Source of the DNA: Candidatus Obscuribacteraceae bacterium
GTDB taxonomy: Bacteria; Cyanobacteriota; Vampirovibrionia; Obscuribacterales; Obscuribacteraceae
NCBI GenBank assembly: GCA_044226015.1
Contig: JBGAHS010000011.1
Coordinates: 64,001 to 128,000, forward strand
Direction of reading: 5' to 3'
DNA: 64,000 nucleotides
The translations under genes were made by a program, and so were the position numbers. Every line of letters starts with the position of its first letter. Position 1 is the first letter of the stretch. Below the pieces are notes generated by a model. It saw nothing but the letters and a program-made list of their open reading frames with translations. It was not told where the DNA came from and did no database searches. Shown in pieces: positions 49,374 to 59,447 of this stretch.

Positions 49374-49838
49374 GCCATTGGCTGCGAAGAGACAACAAAA
49401 GATACGTACAAACTCGTATTGACACGCCCGATCTTGGGCCAATTTCCGCACGTATGTTGCACGTATTGAGTGCTAATTTGAGAGCGGGTTAAGGATTCGG
49501 GGAGCTCTCAAATGAACCAGCAATCAGATGAACAAAACATTCTCGGCAGCATTTTTGGCGTTTCCGAACTTACATTCAACGAAAATCCCGCAGAGACGGC
49601 AGCTTGCTCAGTCGTAGTCGCGGAGAACGCACTAGTTTTTCTTGCTTGGGACTTTGGTACAAACGAATCCGAAAAGAAAACCAAGCGGTAATCTTTGTGC
49701 CTCACATAACGTTAGCTAGTAACGGGAACGGTTGCTGGCACATCAACTGCAGGTTATAACATCGAAGAAAGTGGCAAGTTGAAAATGGTACACAAGCTGG
49801 CGGCTTGATACCGCTACAAACGAGAACAGGTATCAAGC

Positions 49839-52800
49839 ATGAGCGCCGAAGAGCAAGAAAAGAAACCTGAAACCGCGAATGAGAACCAAGAAAGTCAAAT
49901 TGAACCGCAGAAAGACACCTCAGCTGCGGTTTGGAATCAATCCGAATTTAAAGATGTTCCAAACGAAACTGCAAATAAAGAACTAAAACCTCTAAGCTCC
50001 GAACACCTCAGCAAATTGCAGGGACAGTCTGCGACCGTGTCCCTGTCCGACGACGGCAAGAACGTTGCGCAAAACAAAGTTGGGCTGAATGCCGCAAGTA
50101 AAGAAGAGAAAAACGGAGCGTCCGATTCAAAAGACGGCTCCAGCAAATCCGTTGACTCTAAGGATCAAAACAATCGTTTGAAGGAACCGCACGATAAGAA
50201 CACGGCTTCCGATTCAAAAGACGGCTCCAACAAATCCGTTGACTCTAAGGATCAAAACAATCGTTTGAAGGATCCGCACGATAAGAACACGGCTTCCGAT
50301 TCAAAAGATGGCTCCAACAAATCCGTTGACTCCAAGGATCCAAACAATAAGAAGGATCCACAAGATAAGAACACGGCTTCCGATTCAAAAGATCTCAATC
50401 TGCAAAAGGCACTACAACTAGTCGATCCTTCCAATGAATTAAAGCACACTATTCATGTGCTCGAAACATTTCAAAAAGAGCATCTAACAGGGGGTCCACA
50501 AGACGCCAAGACAAGGAATCTTTTGGAACCGATTGGAATTGGAACCGAGAATCAAGCGTTAAGCAAGACTGACGATAAAGCAGGCGCCTCGACGACCGAA
50601 AAAGATGGGGCACATCCAACTGAGTCTGGAAAATCAAAAGATAAATCTGGTCCTGAAAAACCGCTAGTAAAGCCCGACCAAAAAGCAAAAGATGCACAAT
50701 CAAAAGCCGAAACAAGCGAAGAGTCAAAACCACCCTCAAAAGCAGCAGATTCCAAAGCAGAAAATAAAAGCCATAAAGTTGACCTGGACAAAGATGGAAA
50801 TCTTAGTAAGGTTCAGCTCTTGCAAGATAAAAGCACATGGACCAAAGTCAAAGATGACCTTTTCGTAAAAGACGGAACGAACCCGCCTAAGTATGGAGCC
50901 TTCGAACTCAAGAAAGATGGCACACTCGTACAAGATGAATTCAACGCAAAAGGACAACGCATCAGTAACACCATCCACCTAACAGATGGCTCAAGCGTCA
51001 AGAATGATGCAAAAGGAACCGAGCTAAGAACAGCTGGCGGCGACAAGATTAGATGGGAAGGGCGTGGCAAAGGAGAACAATCTTTATCAGTTAACGGACA
51101 AGAATACAAATCCACTGATGGCGGCAAAACGTTTATTGATTCAAAAGGTGAGAGAATCAAAGCTGAACTGAAAGAGAACGGCACTTTCAAGCGGGAATTT
51201 ATAGACCGAGAACCTAAGAGTTCGGAACTGCTTTCTCTAAGTGGAGAAAAGTTCAAGCTTAATGAAAAGGGTGCAGTCACAGAAGCAACCGTCAAAGGAA
51301 TCAATTACAAATTCGACGAGAATCAGCGCGTCACCGAATCAACAAACAATGGTATCACCACAAAATTCAACTACGAAGGGAAGTCTCAAGTTCCAAAAAG
51401 TCTCGAAGTAAACGGACAGAAATTTGAAGTAAGTAGAAGCGAAAAAGGCATTTCAATTGTCGGCAAAGCTGCAGACTCTGACAAACTCGCCAAAGTAAAT
51501 GAGGATCTTCATCCGGCTTTTAAGAGCGCAGCCCTTGTATTGAAAGACGAGCAAGGAAGGACGCAAAGCATACAGCGAAGCAATGGAGAAAAAATAGAGT
51601 TTGGATACGCAGAGAGCGGCAATAAACTGACCAGCATCCGAACAAGCAAAGATGGAAAAACAGAAGAACTTAAAACTCAAGACGGCATAAAATGGGAAGG
51701 CAGAGACAGCTCAGGTAATTCAAAGACCTGGGAAGGCATCAAATACGTAGACGAGCATGGCAAGCTCACTGAGGCAAAAATTGTAAAAGGTGAAGATGGT
51801 CGCAGCCGAATTGAATCACAAATTACAAATCCTGCTGGAAAGGTGGAGACAAGATCCGTCGATCTAGATATAAAACTCAAGGAAATCAAAGAGATCACCA
51901 GCGGAAGTTTGCGAGGTCCTAACGGTGGAGATAAGGTAGACAAATTCGTAGCTTCTCTCAAGGACCTCTCAGGTCCAGAAATTCAACTATTGAATAAAGC
52001 GTATAATCCAGAGAATCCTAATGCTCTAAAGCAAGACCTTCAGGAAAAGATCAAAGAACTCCCTTCAAAAGAAAAAAGTTATCAGTGGGCGGAGATACAA
52101 GGACATTTGTCTCGCACGGGGCAAGCTGGTGAGCTGGATGCAATCAAGCTAGTTTCAGACGCAGCCAAAGCCAACGACCGTTACTTTAATGGTAGTCCGG
52201 ACTCCATTGCGCAAACCACCAGACAAACACTTCTCGGACAAACCGAACAGCAACGAATAAACACTGATGAAGCGTTGAAACGCCTTTACGGACCAGACCA
52301 TGGTCTGAGTACATTCTATGATTCTGGACCAGGCAAAACCATAGCAAAGGCAGATGAATTCACTAAAGCAGTAACCGATCTGGCATCAAAGAAGGGGGCT
52401 GAACTCCGAACACCCGAAGAGCAAAGCAAGCTCGCAAAGCTTGCCCTACAAGGTCCCAATGCTATCGAAAACTTCAGGCAGGCAACTGCACCTGATGCAT
52501 TCAGCAAAGAAGCTCGAGAGCACTTTGCAAAATCAGGAGGACTTGAGCTCATCGAGAATGGGGCAAGACGAACTGACGGTACCAGAACTGCTTTTACTAG
52601 CCTTCAAAAACAAGAACTAAAAGATCTCGCCCGTGACGGAAAAGAAAGTCCAGAAACTCAGTTTGCTAAAGGGGTCGGGCTTCTAACAAGTAACGCAGAA
52701 GAAGCTCTCAAAGATGCAGTAACACGCGTGGCAAATGACCCTGAAAAAAGGGCCAAGTATCTAAATGGCGAAGAACTAGCAAAAAGCGGGAAAGAAGCAA

Positions 52801-55800
52801 AGACTCCAGAAGAGAAAGCAGCAGTAGATTATTACAAAAACTGGCAAGAACTCTTCAAGTCAGCTCATTACACATATAAGGACCGCAAGGTTGATAGATT
52901 CGATTCGCTAATAAAAAATGGTGCTGACGGCTCATTTGCAAACGGAGAAATATTCAAACAAGGCGGTAACTGGTTTCAAAATAGAGGCGAACTTTTCAAT
53001 TCAATTGAGAAAGCGACCGACAAACAATTAAATCCATTCTTTGATGGTGCAACTATCAATGGTGACAAAATAGAATCTGGGGCATTGACGGATGCTCTGA
53101 AAGCAATTAAAGACAATGTTAACCGAAGTGCCAACTCCGAAGATTTGCAGAAGCTGCTTGCTGAAAAGGTCAAGTATGGTTTAGAGATAGGAAACGGCGT
53201 CGATAAGTTGATCAACTCTCCCACACTTGACCCCAAAGCTGTGAGTGAGCTGAAAGCTAAATTGCCCGCATTCAAAGATTTGCCCGACGAAAAGTTTTCT
53301 TCTATTTTAGAAGGCTACCGCCTTCAGAAAGGGATCAAAGAAGGCAAACAAAAGGAATCAGAGTTATCTACAGAACAGAAGAAGTCCCTGGCAGAATTTG
53401 CGGCGCTTGGAAAAGACAGCAATAAAGACCAACTTTTGCTGAAGGGATTTTTACAGGGTCGCGAAGTACAAAATAAACTTGACGCAATTTTGACAGATAA
53501 GTCACTTAGCGCCGGACAGCGTGATGCAGAATCGAACAAGTTCTTGAAAGAACTCAACGCGGAATCGAGAGATTCGCTAGATGCATTTCGACAGGTAAGA
53601 AACGAAGCAGTCCAATCCAATGTACGAAGATCAGTTGAACAAGCAATAAAGGATTCTGAAGGAAGAGCCGACCTGAAGTTCCAGGCGTTAAAAGATGCCA
53701 GCCCGGCGGAATTGCAAAGATTAGCCAATGACAAAGAATACAGAGCGAAAATTCTAGAACAATTCCGAAACCCAGAAACAGGACAAATAAACAAATCAGC
53801 AGAATATCTGCTAAATCTGCAAAGTCAGGGCAAACCGCTAACTCAATCGGAAAAATTTACTGTCGACTTACTTCAGAAAGCAGAAACAAGTTCAGGACGA
53901 CTTGACACAGCCGAAGCACTGAAGGTTTTGCAAACTCGTTTAAATGAAGATAAAGACGGAACCTTCGCAAAAGAGCTAGCTGCTAACGACAAAGCGATCA
54001 AGATACTAGACCAGAGCTCTGGAGGATACCTCGGCGGGCTGATCAAATCGAGCACAGAAAGAGGATATGTCACAGCCGCAGAATGGAAAGAAGCACAAAG
54101 CACTTTCAGCAAAGCGAAGGATCTCTTCACAGGTGGAAGAGACCTCGCAACAGATAGCCTTCTGGGTGCTAATCCTAAGTACTTAAAGCATCTTTCCGGC
54201 GAGCAAGGTAAGCAAGAGAGAGAACAATTGCTTTCATCGCTAGCGCCCGAAAGAAGGGCATTTTTCGAGCAGATAATCAAGCAAGGCGAGGTTAAGCCAG
54301 AAGACAAACTACGTGCGTTTCACCTGGGGCTGATTAAGCAAGAAGAAGCCATAAATCCATTCAAGGAACTTGATGCAGAACAGAGAGCAAAAGGCATACA
54401 AGACTATCACAGCAAATATGGTAGCAATGCCAAACAAGACCTTCTGGAAAAGGTCAATCATTCTGACAGAGCCCAAATAGATCTTCTTTTTACGGAAAAC
54501 AAGCTCGATGCAAATCAAGCACTCTTACGTTCGCGCGACCAGGTCGCCGACAGTGCGAACACATTTTTAGGGCGCATAGCACAACGATATGATGCATCAG
54601 CCAGCGAAAAGGTAAATGAGCTGGCAAAAGACATTAAAGACAATGGCGGAGAACTCTCGCAAGAAAAACTCGATGAGCATTTGAAACAGCTGGCGGAAAA
54701 ACTCAAAAACTTTGAAGAGCTGAAAGAACAAACCGCCGATCAGATTATTGAAACAGCAGTCACTATTGCTGCAGGTGCCGCGACACCGTTCACGGGCGGA
54801 GCTAGCTTGAGTCTTCTTACGCTATCAGCACGTGTCGGTTCTCTTGCTCTTAGAGGTGGCGCGTTTGCTACCTTTAGTAAAGCCGCCTTAACAGGAGACT
54901 ATGACCCGAGCAAACTTGCAGGCGATTTCGTTAAATATTCTGCGCTAACTGCAGGAAACGTGCTGGGAGCCGAAGGATTAGTCGCACTCAGTCGTTTGGG
55001 TGGACGAGTTGCAAGTTCGACCCTAGGAAAGACTTTTGAAGATGCAGGGCTTGCTGCCCTCAAGTCACCACAGGTCGAAGAGGCACTAAAAAAAGGATTG
55101 GGCAAACTTATCGAAGAAGGAGCCACTACGGGCGGAGTCAAAGATCTTGCCGTCAAGAACCTTGTCAAATCAATCGAAGGACTCAGCCCTTCCGCACAAG
55201 ATGCACTAGCAGCGGGTATTATAAAGAACCTGAGCCCCGCTATTAGAGAAGTAGCTAGTGACTCACTCAAAGGAATACTTATCAACACGGGCCGCGCCGG
55301 AAGAACTGCAGCTCTTGATGGTGCAGGAGCATACGTAGGAGATGTCGGCGGTGAACTTGTCAGACAAGCAGTCGAAAAGGGACATCTGGACATATCTGCA
55401 GCACTTGAAAATGGAGTGAAAACATTTGTCCTTGCCGGCGGTATCAGATCTGGAATTGAAGCATTCAAGGCTGGTCGAGGAATCGTTAAAGGCACAGATG
55501 GTGAAACTCTAGCAAGACCAAAATCGGAACGCAGCGAACCCGCAACAAGAGAAAAGGCTCCAGAACTTTCAAAAGACAAAGTCAACATAGCCGAGAGAGA
55601 AACAGTTCCAAGGGAATGGCCCGATCGATTGAAAGCGGATAAGCCACTGCCTCCGGTGCCAGAAGGACATGTCAGACTTTACCGCGGTGTGCATGACACA
55701 AAAGGATTGGCGAAGGAATTTAGTCCGAACGCCACTCCAAAAGAACGGCAACGCTGGTGGGATCTCACAAAGGACCTTTCAGGTAGACCAGGCGATTTTG

Positions 55801-58800
55801 AAAAACTTCCGGCAGCAATCCAGAAAGAACTAAAAGAGCTCTTGCCCAAAATAAACTCGCCCGATATCAAATTCTATACGGATGATATCAAGACAGCACA
55901 AAAGTATGCAGGCAAGGATGGTCATGTCTTGTACGTGGACATTCCAAAGGCAGATCAGTTCAAGTACAGAAAGGAGAACCACGGTCTGGCGGCAGCAGGT
56001 TCAGCTGGAGAAACATTCCAAATTCCGGCAACAATACACACCGAAAAGGCTGGTCGCCTCCCACGAGAGAAAGATTCCACGTTAGGCACTTCAAGAAATG
56101 CAGAAGCAAATCCAAAAGAGATCGAAGCTGCGCCTGTGCGACAATACGACCGCCAGAACCCACCCCGGTTGGTAAAAGAGAATGAATTCAGTCAGGTAGA
56201 AAAAGTACCAGCTCAGGATAAACCACCTCGAGTTAGCAAAGAAACAATAGAGAAACCAATCGCTCAAAGAAATTTTTACCAATTCAGAGGGCAAGATGGT
56301 CAAACGTTTGACGTTGTCAGACCACTTGCAGCGGGTGACGAAGTCAAACTGGGACGGAAACATGGCATAAATGCAAGAGCCGAAGATGGAGTCTCTGGCG
56401 ATCATGCCGTCTTACGACGAACCGAAAAAGGTGAGCTTTTCATTCAAGATCTTGATTCAAAAAACGGCATCACAATTCAGAGAAAAGATGGCTCAGTAGA
56501 AAAATATGGCAGGCATCAGCCAGAGGGTGAGTTTAAGGGCGCATGGCTAAGAGAAGGAGATCAGGTCTGGTTAGGAAATCACTACCTTGCAATCGATCAC
56601 AGTTTAGCAAGCAAAGGTCTGAAAGAACTCAATCTAGGAGTGTTTGGAAAAGTCAGCGAACAAAACCCCATTAAGATTGGAAAAGATAACTATCCATCAT
56701 TGACGGATAGCCAACATGCAATTGTTGGTAAAGACTCTCGCGGAGTGTACATAATTGACACATCCAAGAATGGCACGTTTGTTCGTAACCAGGGTTCAAA
56801 CGAATTCAAGCAATTACCAGGTGAACAAAAATACTATCTAAAACAAGGCGATGAAATTGAATTCAAAAATGCTAATGGCCACAAGTCAACACTAGATACC
56901 CAAAGCCGCGGCAAAGAAATAGATGGTATTTTCGTTGAGTCCTTTAACGGACCTCAAAAGCTTACCTTCCCTGATGGTCGAATAGCTGAAAGGGGAGAAA
57001 AAGGTTGGCGAGAATCAGTACCTCCAGGACATCCAGACGCAGAAAAGGTAAGAAGATTCAATGAAAGCAACGGCTATTATAAAATAACTAGTGATGGCAG
57101 AATAGAGCGCCACGGACCAAGCCATGTTGAGACTTTTGGCTTAAGAGATGGACTTCCAGAGGTCGTAAATACACGCCCCTCAGATCACGTGTTCAAAATC
57201 GAGGGAGCACGAAATAAAGAACTAATTGAAGCATACAAAAGATCATATCTGGACCTTCCGGAATCAGTTCGTGATCTCTTAGCAAAAAACAAGCAAGAGC
57301 TAGTGATCGGAAAAAGGCTCAGCGATATCGAACCAAATCTGCGTGAGGCAAAATTACCGAAAGGAGCATCTCTTGATCAACTGGAAGGAGTTTACTCCAA
57401 CAACAAGGTATATCTTGCAGAACAATACAAAATCAAGGGTCAACAAGTACATGTTGATGTAACGGACGCTCCCGGAACACTCAGGCATGAAGTAGGACAT
57501 TCACTCAACAAGGTACTTGCAGACTCTCCAAATGGACGCTTCTCGGAATCAGAGGCATTTCGCCGTGCGTACGAAAGAGATTTGCAAGAGCATTTCAACA
57601 AGCTTTCTAGAACTGAGCAAGCAAAACTTGAGTATTTAATTCAAGCCAACAAAGGAAATATCGGACAGACACTGGACAATCTTCTCAATAGAGTAAAAGC
57701 AGGCTCTGAAGCTGGTCGAAGTGAAGCATTTGCCGAACTATTTGCCACTATTCATGGTGGCGGTGCACTTAAGTCACAGGAAAGGGATATATTGAGAGCG
57801 TTTCCTAACACAAAACGATTAATAGAAGAGAAACTAGCTAGTCTTGAAAGAAACACAAAAAGCCACACAGACGCGGCACCATTGTATAGCGCACAAAAGT
57901 TTGAAGGCGCGCCAAATCCCAGACCTAATGAATTGAACCCAGAGCACTGGTATGAGCACAATAGAAAAACATACGAGACTCCTAATGGATATAAGATAGC
58001 AGCTCTCACCGATGAAGTGAGAAACTATGGAACTGCTGAGAGACCAAGATGGCAGGAACTCTATGCTCGAAAAATAGAAATCCCAGGATTGGACAAACCA
58101 GTCATCCTGAAGTCTCCCATCGGACAAAGCTGGGCATACAATTCAACTAGTATTCTTGCGATTGATGGTCAGAATGCAATACAACGGGAATTACAACGAA
58201 AATATGGTCAGCAACTCAGCCAACTAGACCAGGCAGCCTATAACAAAGCCTGGCAGAGTGAATTGCAAAAGCTTGACCCGAGCATACAAAGAGCTATAGA
58301 CCAACTCGACCGCGCCTCTAAATCGCCTGTGAAAATTCATGTTACAGTGGACGGACCTGCTGATCTTGGACGAGTCCAACAAGTCTTATTGAAGGAACTA
58401 GAAAAGCCAGGTTCAAGACTCAATGACCTGGTTAAAGTTTATAAGACCCACGATCCTGTGCATGGTGTCTCCCTTCACGACGGAGTTGGAGGTTTACCCG
58501 CACCTCATGGACAAAACGCAAAAGGCTTCACTCTTTATCCAGATAATCCAGCGCTTGCAAAGCAAATAGCTGAAGAGGTTGACAGAGTTCTCCTTGAGCA
58601 TGGTTTAGGATTGAAAAAGCCAATTGCTACCGGAAATGTTGACCAAATACATGGTGCGGGTAATAGAGTTGGTATTTTGAAAGACAAGTTCGATGCAATT
58701 GTTAGTAGAGGTGTGACTGCCGCAAAGTTAGAAGACAACCTGCTTGCAGCAATCTACAAAGAGTTCAAAGTGCCTCCCAGTGGTAGACTCGCCGATCAAC

Positions 58801-59069
58801 AGCTACGTTTCATTGAAAAGGATTTGAACCTTGCTCCAAATACACTCAATTATTACGACGGGGTATTAGGCCTTCAAACGAAGAGCAAGAGCTCAAATAT
58901 TCAGGGAAAGAACGACCAGGGAATTACTCAAATATACTTGGATGAAAGCAGCGCAGGTAAAGGTGTTGGTTCTGAAGCCAACAGAAAGTCACCACATGAG
59001 CCCTATTTGACAGACAGACCGGCTTACTTTAGGCTAGCGAAACGATTTGGAATAGTTCCTGGATTTTGA
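49839..59069 (+). CDS. Giant (3076 aa) multidomain polymorphic-toxin-like protein
   Basis: Single ORF: N-terminal repeats, YD-like strands, annexin-like helices, hydrophobic segment, LYRG ART-like region, two FHA, HEVGH, KIH...K...FTLYP. Confidence 0.8.
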   Translation: MSAEEQEKKPETANENQESQIEPQKDTSAAVWNQSEFKDVPNETANKELKPLSSEHLSKLQGQSATVSLSDDGKNVAQNKVGLNAASKEEKNGASDSKDGSSKSVDSKDQNNRLKEPHDKNTASDSKDGSNKSVDSKDQNNRLKDPHDKNTASDSKDGSNKSVDSKDPNNKKDPQDKNTASDSKDLNLQKALQLVDPSNELKHTIHVLETFQKEHLTGGPQDAKTRNLLEPIGIGTENQALSKTDDKAGASTTEKDGAHPTESGKSKDKSGPEKPLVKPDQKAKDAQSKAETSEESKPPSKAADSKAENKSHKVDLDKDGNLSKVQLLQDKSTWTKVKDDLFVKDGTNPPKYGAFELKKDGTLVQDEFNAKGQRISNTIHLTDGSSVKNDAKGTELRTAGGDKIRWEGRGKGEQSLSVNGQEYKSTDGGKTFIDSKGERIKAELKENGTFKREFIDREPKSSELLSLSGEKFKLNEKGAVTEATVKGINYKFDENQRVTESTNNGITTKFNYEGKSQVPKSLEVNGQKFEVSRSEKGISIVGKAADSDKLAKVNEDLHPAFKSAALVLKDEQGRTQSIQRSNGEKIEFGYAESGNKLTSIRTSKDGKTEELKTQDGIKWEGRDSSGNSKTWEGIKYVDEHGKLTEAKIVKGEDGRSRIESQITNPAGKVETRSVDLDIKLKEIKEITSGSLRGPNGGDKVDKFVASLKDLSGPEIQLLNKAYNPENPNALKQDLQEKIKELPSKEKSYQWAEIQGHLSRTGQAGELDAIKLVSDAAKANDRYFNGSPDSIAQTTRQTLLGQTEQQRINTDEALKRLYGPDHGLSTFYDSGPGKTIAKADEFTKAVTDLASKKGAELRTPEEQSKLAKLALQGPNAIENFRQATAPDAFSKEAREHFAKSGGLELIENGARRTDGTRTAFTSLQKQELKDLARDGKESPETQFAKGVGLLTSNAEEALKDAVTRVANDPEKRAKYLNGEELAKSGKEAKTPEEKAAVDYYKNWQELFKSAHYTYKDRKVDRFDSLIKNGADGSFANGEIFKQGGNWFQNRGELFNSIEKATDKQLNPFFDGATINGDKIESGALTDALKAIKDNVNRSANSEDLQKLLAEKVKYGLEIGNGVDKLINSPTLDPKAVSELKAKLPAFKDLPDEKFSSILEGYRLQKGIKEGKQKESELSTEQKKSLAEFAALGKDSNKDQLLLKGFLQGREVQNKLDAILTDKSLSAGQRDAESNKFLKELNAESRDSLDAFRQVRNEAVQSNVRRSVEQAIKDSEGRADLKFQALKDASPAELQRLANDKEYRAKILEQFRNPETGQINKSAEYLLNLQSQGKPLTQSEKFTVDLLQKAETSSGRLDTAEALKVLQTRLNEDKDGTFAKELAANDKAIKILDQSSGGYLGGLIKSSTERGYVTAAEWKEAQSTFSKAKDLFTGGRDLATDSLLGANPKYLKHLSGEQGKQEREQLLSSLAPERRAFFEQIIKQGEVKPEDKLRAFHLGLIKQEEAINPFKELDAEQRAKGIQDYHSKYGSNAKQDLLEKVNHSDRAQIDLLFTENKLDANQALLRSRDQVADSANTFLGRIAQRYDASASEKVNELAKDIKDNGGELSQEKLDEHLKQLAEKLKNFEELKEQTADQIIETAVTIAAGAATPFTGGASLSLLTLSARVGSLALRGGAFATFSKAALTGDYDPSKLAGDFVKYSALTAGNVLGAEGLVALSRLGGRVASSTLGKTFEDAGLAALKSPQVEEALKKGLGKLIEEGATTGGVKDLAVKNLVKSIEGLSPSAQDALAAGIIKNLSPAIREVASDSLKGILINTGRAGRTAALDGAGAYVGDVGGELVRQAVEKGHLDISAALENGVKTFVLAGGIRSGIEAFKAGRGIVKGTDGETLARPKSERSEPATREKAPELSKDKVNIAERETVPREWPDRLKADKPLPPVPEGHVRLYRGVHDTKGLAKEFSPNATPKERQRWWDLTKDLSGRPGDFEKLPAAIQKELKELLPKINSPDIKFYTDDIKTAQKYAGKDGHVLYVDIPKADQFKYRKENHGLAAAGSAGETFQIPATIHTEKAGRLPREKDSTLGTSRNAEANPKEIEAAPVRQYDRQNPPRLVKENEFSQVEKVPAQDKPPRVSKETIEKPIAQRNFYQFRGQDGQTFDVVRPLAAGDEVKLGRKHGINARAEDGVSGDHAVLRRTEKGELFIQDLDSKNGITIQRKDGSVEKYGRHQPEGEFKGAWLREGDQVWLGNHYLAIDHSLASKGLKELNLGVFGKVSEQNPIKIGKDNYPSLTDSQHAIVGKDSRGVYIIDTSKNGTFVRNQGSNEFKQLPGEQKYYLKQGDEIEFKNANGHKSTLDTQSRGKEIDGIFVESFNGPQKLTFPDGRIAERGEKGWRESVPPGHPDAEKVRRFNESNGYYKITSDGRIERHGPSHVETFGLRDGLPEVVNTRPSDHVFKIEGARNKELIEAYKRSYLDLPESVRDLLAKNKQELVIGKRLSDIEPNLREAKLPKGASLDQLEGVYSNNKVYLAEQYKIKGQQVHVDVTDAPGTLRHEVGHSLNKVLADSPNGRFSESEAFRRAYERDLQEHFNKLSRTEQAKLEYLIQANKGNIGQTLDNLLNRVKAGSEAGRSEAFAELFATIHGGGALKSQERDILRAFPNTKRLIEEKLASLERNTKSHTDAAPLYSAQKFEGAPNPRPNELNPEHWYEHNRKTYETPNGYKIAALTDEVRNYGTAERPRWQELYARKIEIPGLDKPVILKSPIGQSWAYNSTSILAIDGQNAIQRELQRKYGQQLSQLDQAAYNKAWQSELQKLDPSIQRAIDQLDRASKSPVKIHVTVDGPADLGRVQQVLLKELEKPGSRLNDLVKVYKTHDPVHGVSLHDGVGGLPAPHGQNAKGFTLYPDNPALAKQIAEEVDRVLLEHGLGLKKPIATGNVDQIHGAGNRVGILKDKFDAIVSRGVTAAKLEDNLLAAIYKEFKVPPSGRLADQQLRFIEKDLNLAPNTLNYYDGVLGLQTKSKSSNIQGKNDQGITQIYLDESSAGKGVGSEANRKSPHEPYLTDRPAYFRLAKRFGIVPGF
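50112..50393 (+). repeat. Intragenic tandem repeat of about 3.3 x 87 bp (29-aa unit NTASDSKDGSNKSVDSKDQNNRLKDPHDK)
   Basis: Units at 50112, 50199, 50286 (84 bp) and a partial unit at 50370; near-identical at DNA level. Confidence 0.92.
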
Positions 59070-59443
59070 GGATCATAATAGTGGAGAGAGAGTTCTTTTC
59101 TTCGATGTACGCTCAAACAGACTTGCTTGAATTAGCAAACAACTCTGCAGGAGCGGTTTTTGCCATTGAGTATTTTCTCAATGAACTCGATACGGAATTC
59201 TGCACCTTTCCAATTTTCCGTAACATCAATTTTCATGTGCTCAGCCGATTCGAAGTACATGGCAAACATTATCTCATAATTGAAAAGCCTCCTGGTTCAA
59301 GTGCCTTTGAGGATGACATCGATTACACTTCAACTTACGTCTTACAGATAGTTGAAAAAAATAGGGTTCAATCAATAAGCTCGGAAGAGCTTTCGCAAAT
59401 CATGCCTGAGGTTAAGAATGAAATTAGTCGCGTTGAGGGCTAA
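59066..59443 (+). CDS. Small acidic hypothetical protein, candidate immunity protein
   Basis: TTG start overlaps the TGA stop of the giant gene (TTGA). Confidence 0.55.
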   Translation: MRIIIVEREFFSSMYAQTDLLELANNSAGAVFAIEYFLNELDTEFCTFPIFRNINFHVLSRFEVHGKHYLIIEKPPGSSAFEDDIDYTSTYVLQIVEKNRVQSISSEELSQIMPEVKNEISRVEG

Positions 59444-59447
59444 TAAA

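Noticed and set aside
50112..50393. Repeat array as a possible CRISPR
   Set aside because: In-frame coding tandem units with no unique spacers and no cas genes
50790..51850. Calling the giant protein an RHS protein
   Set aside because: Only a few YD-like strands; no extended YD array and no DPxG core terminus
54899..55588. 229-aa minus-strand ORF inside the giant gene
   Set aside because: Antisense to a Gly/Ala-rich coding region; no independent evidence
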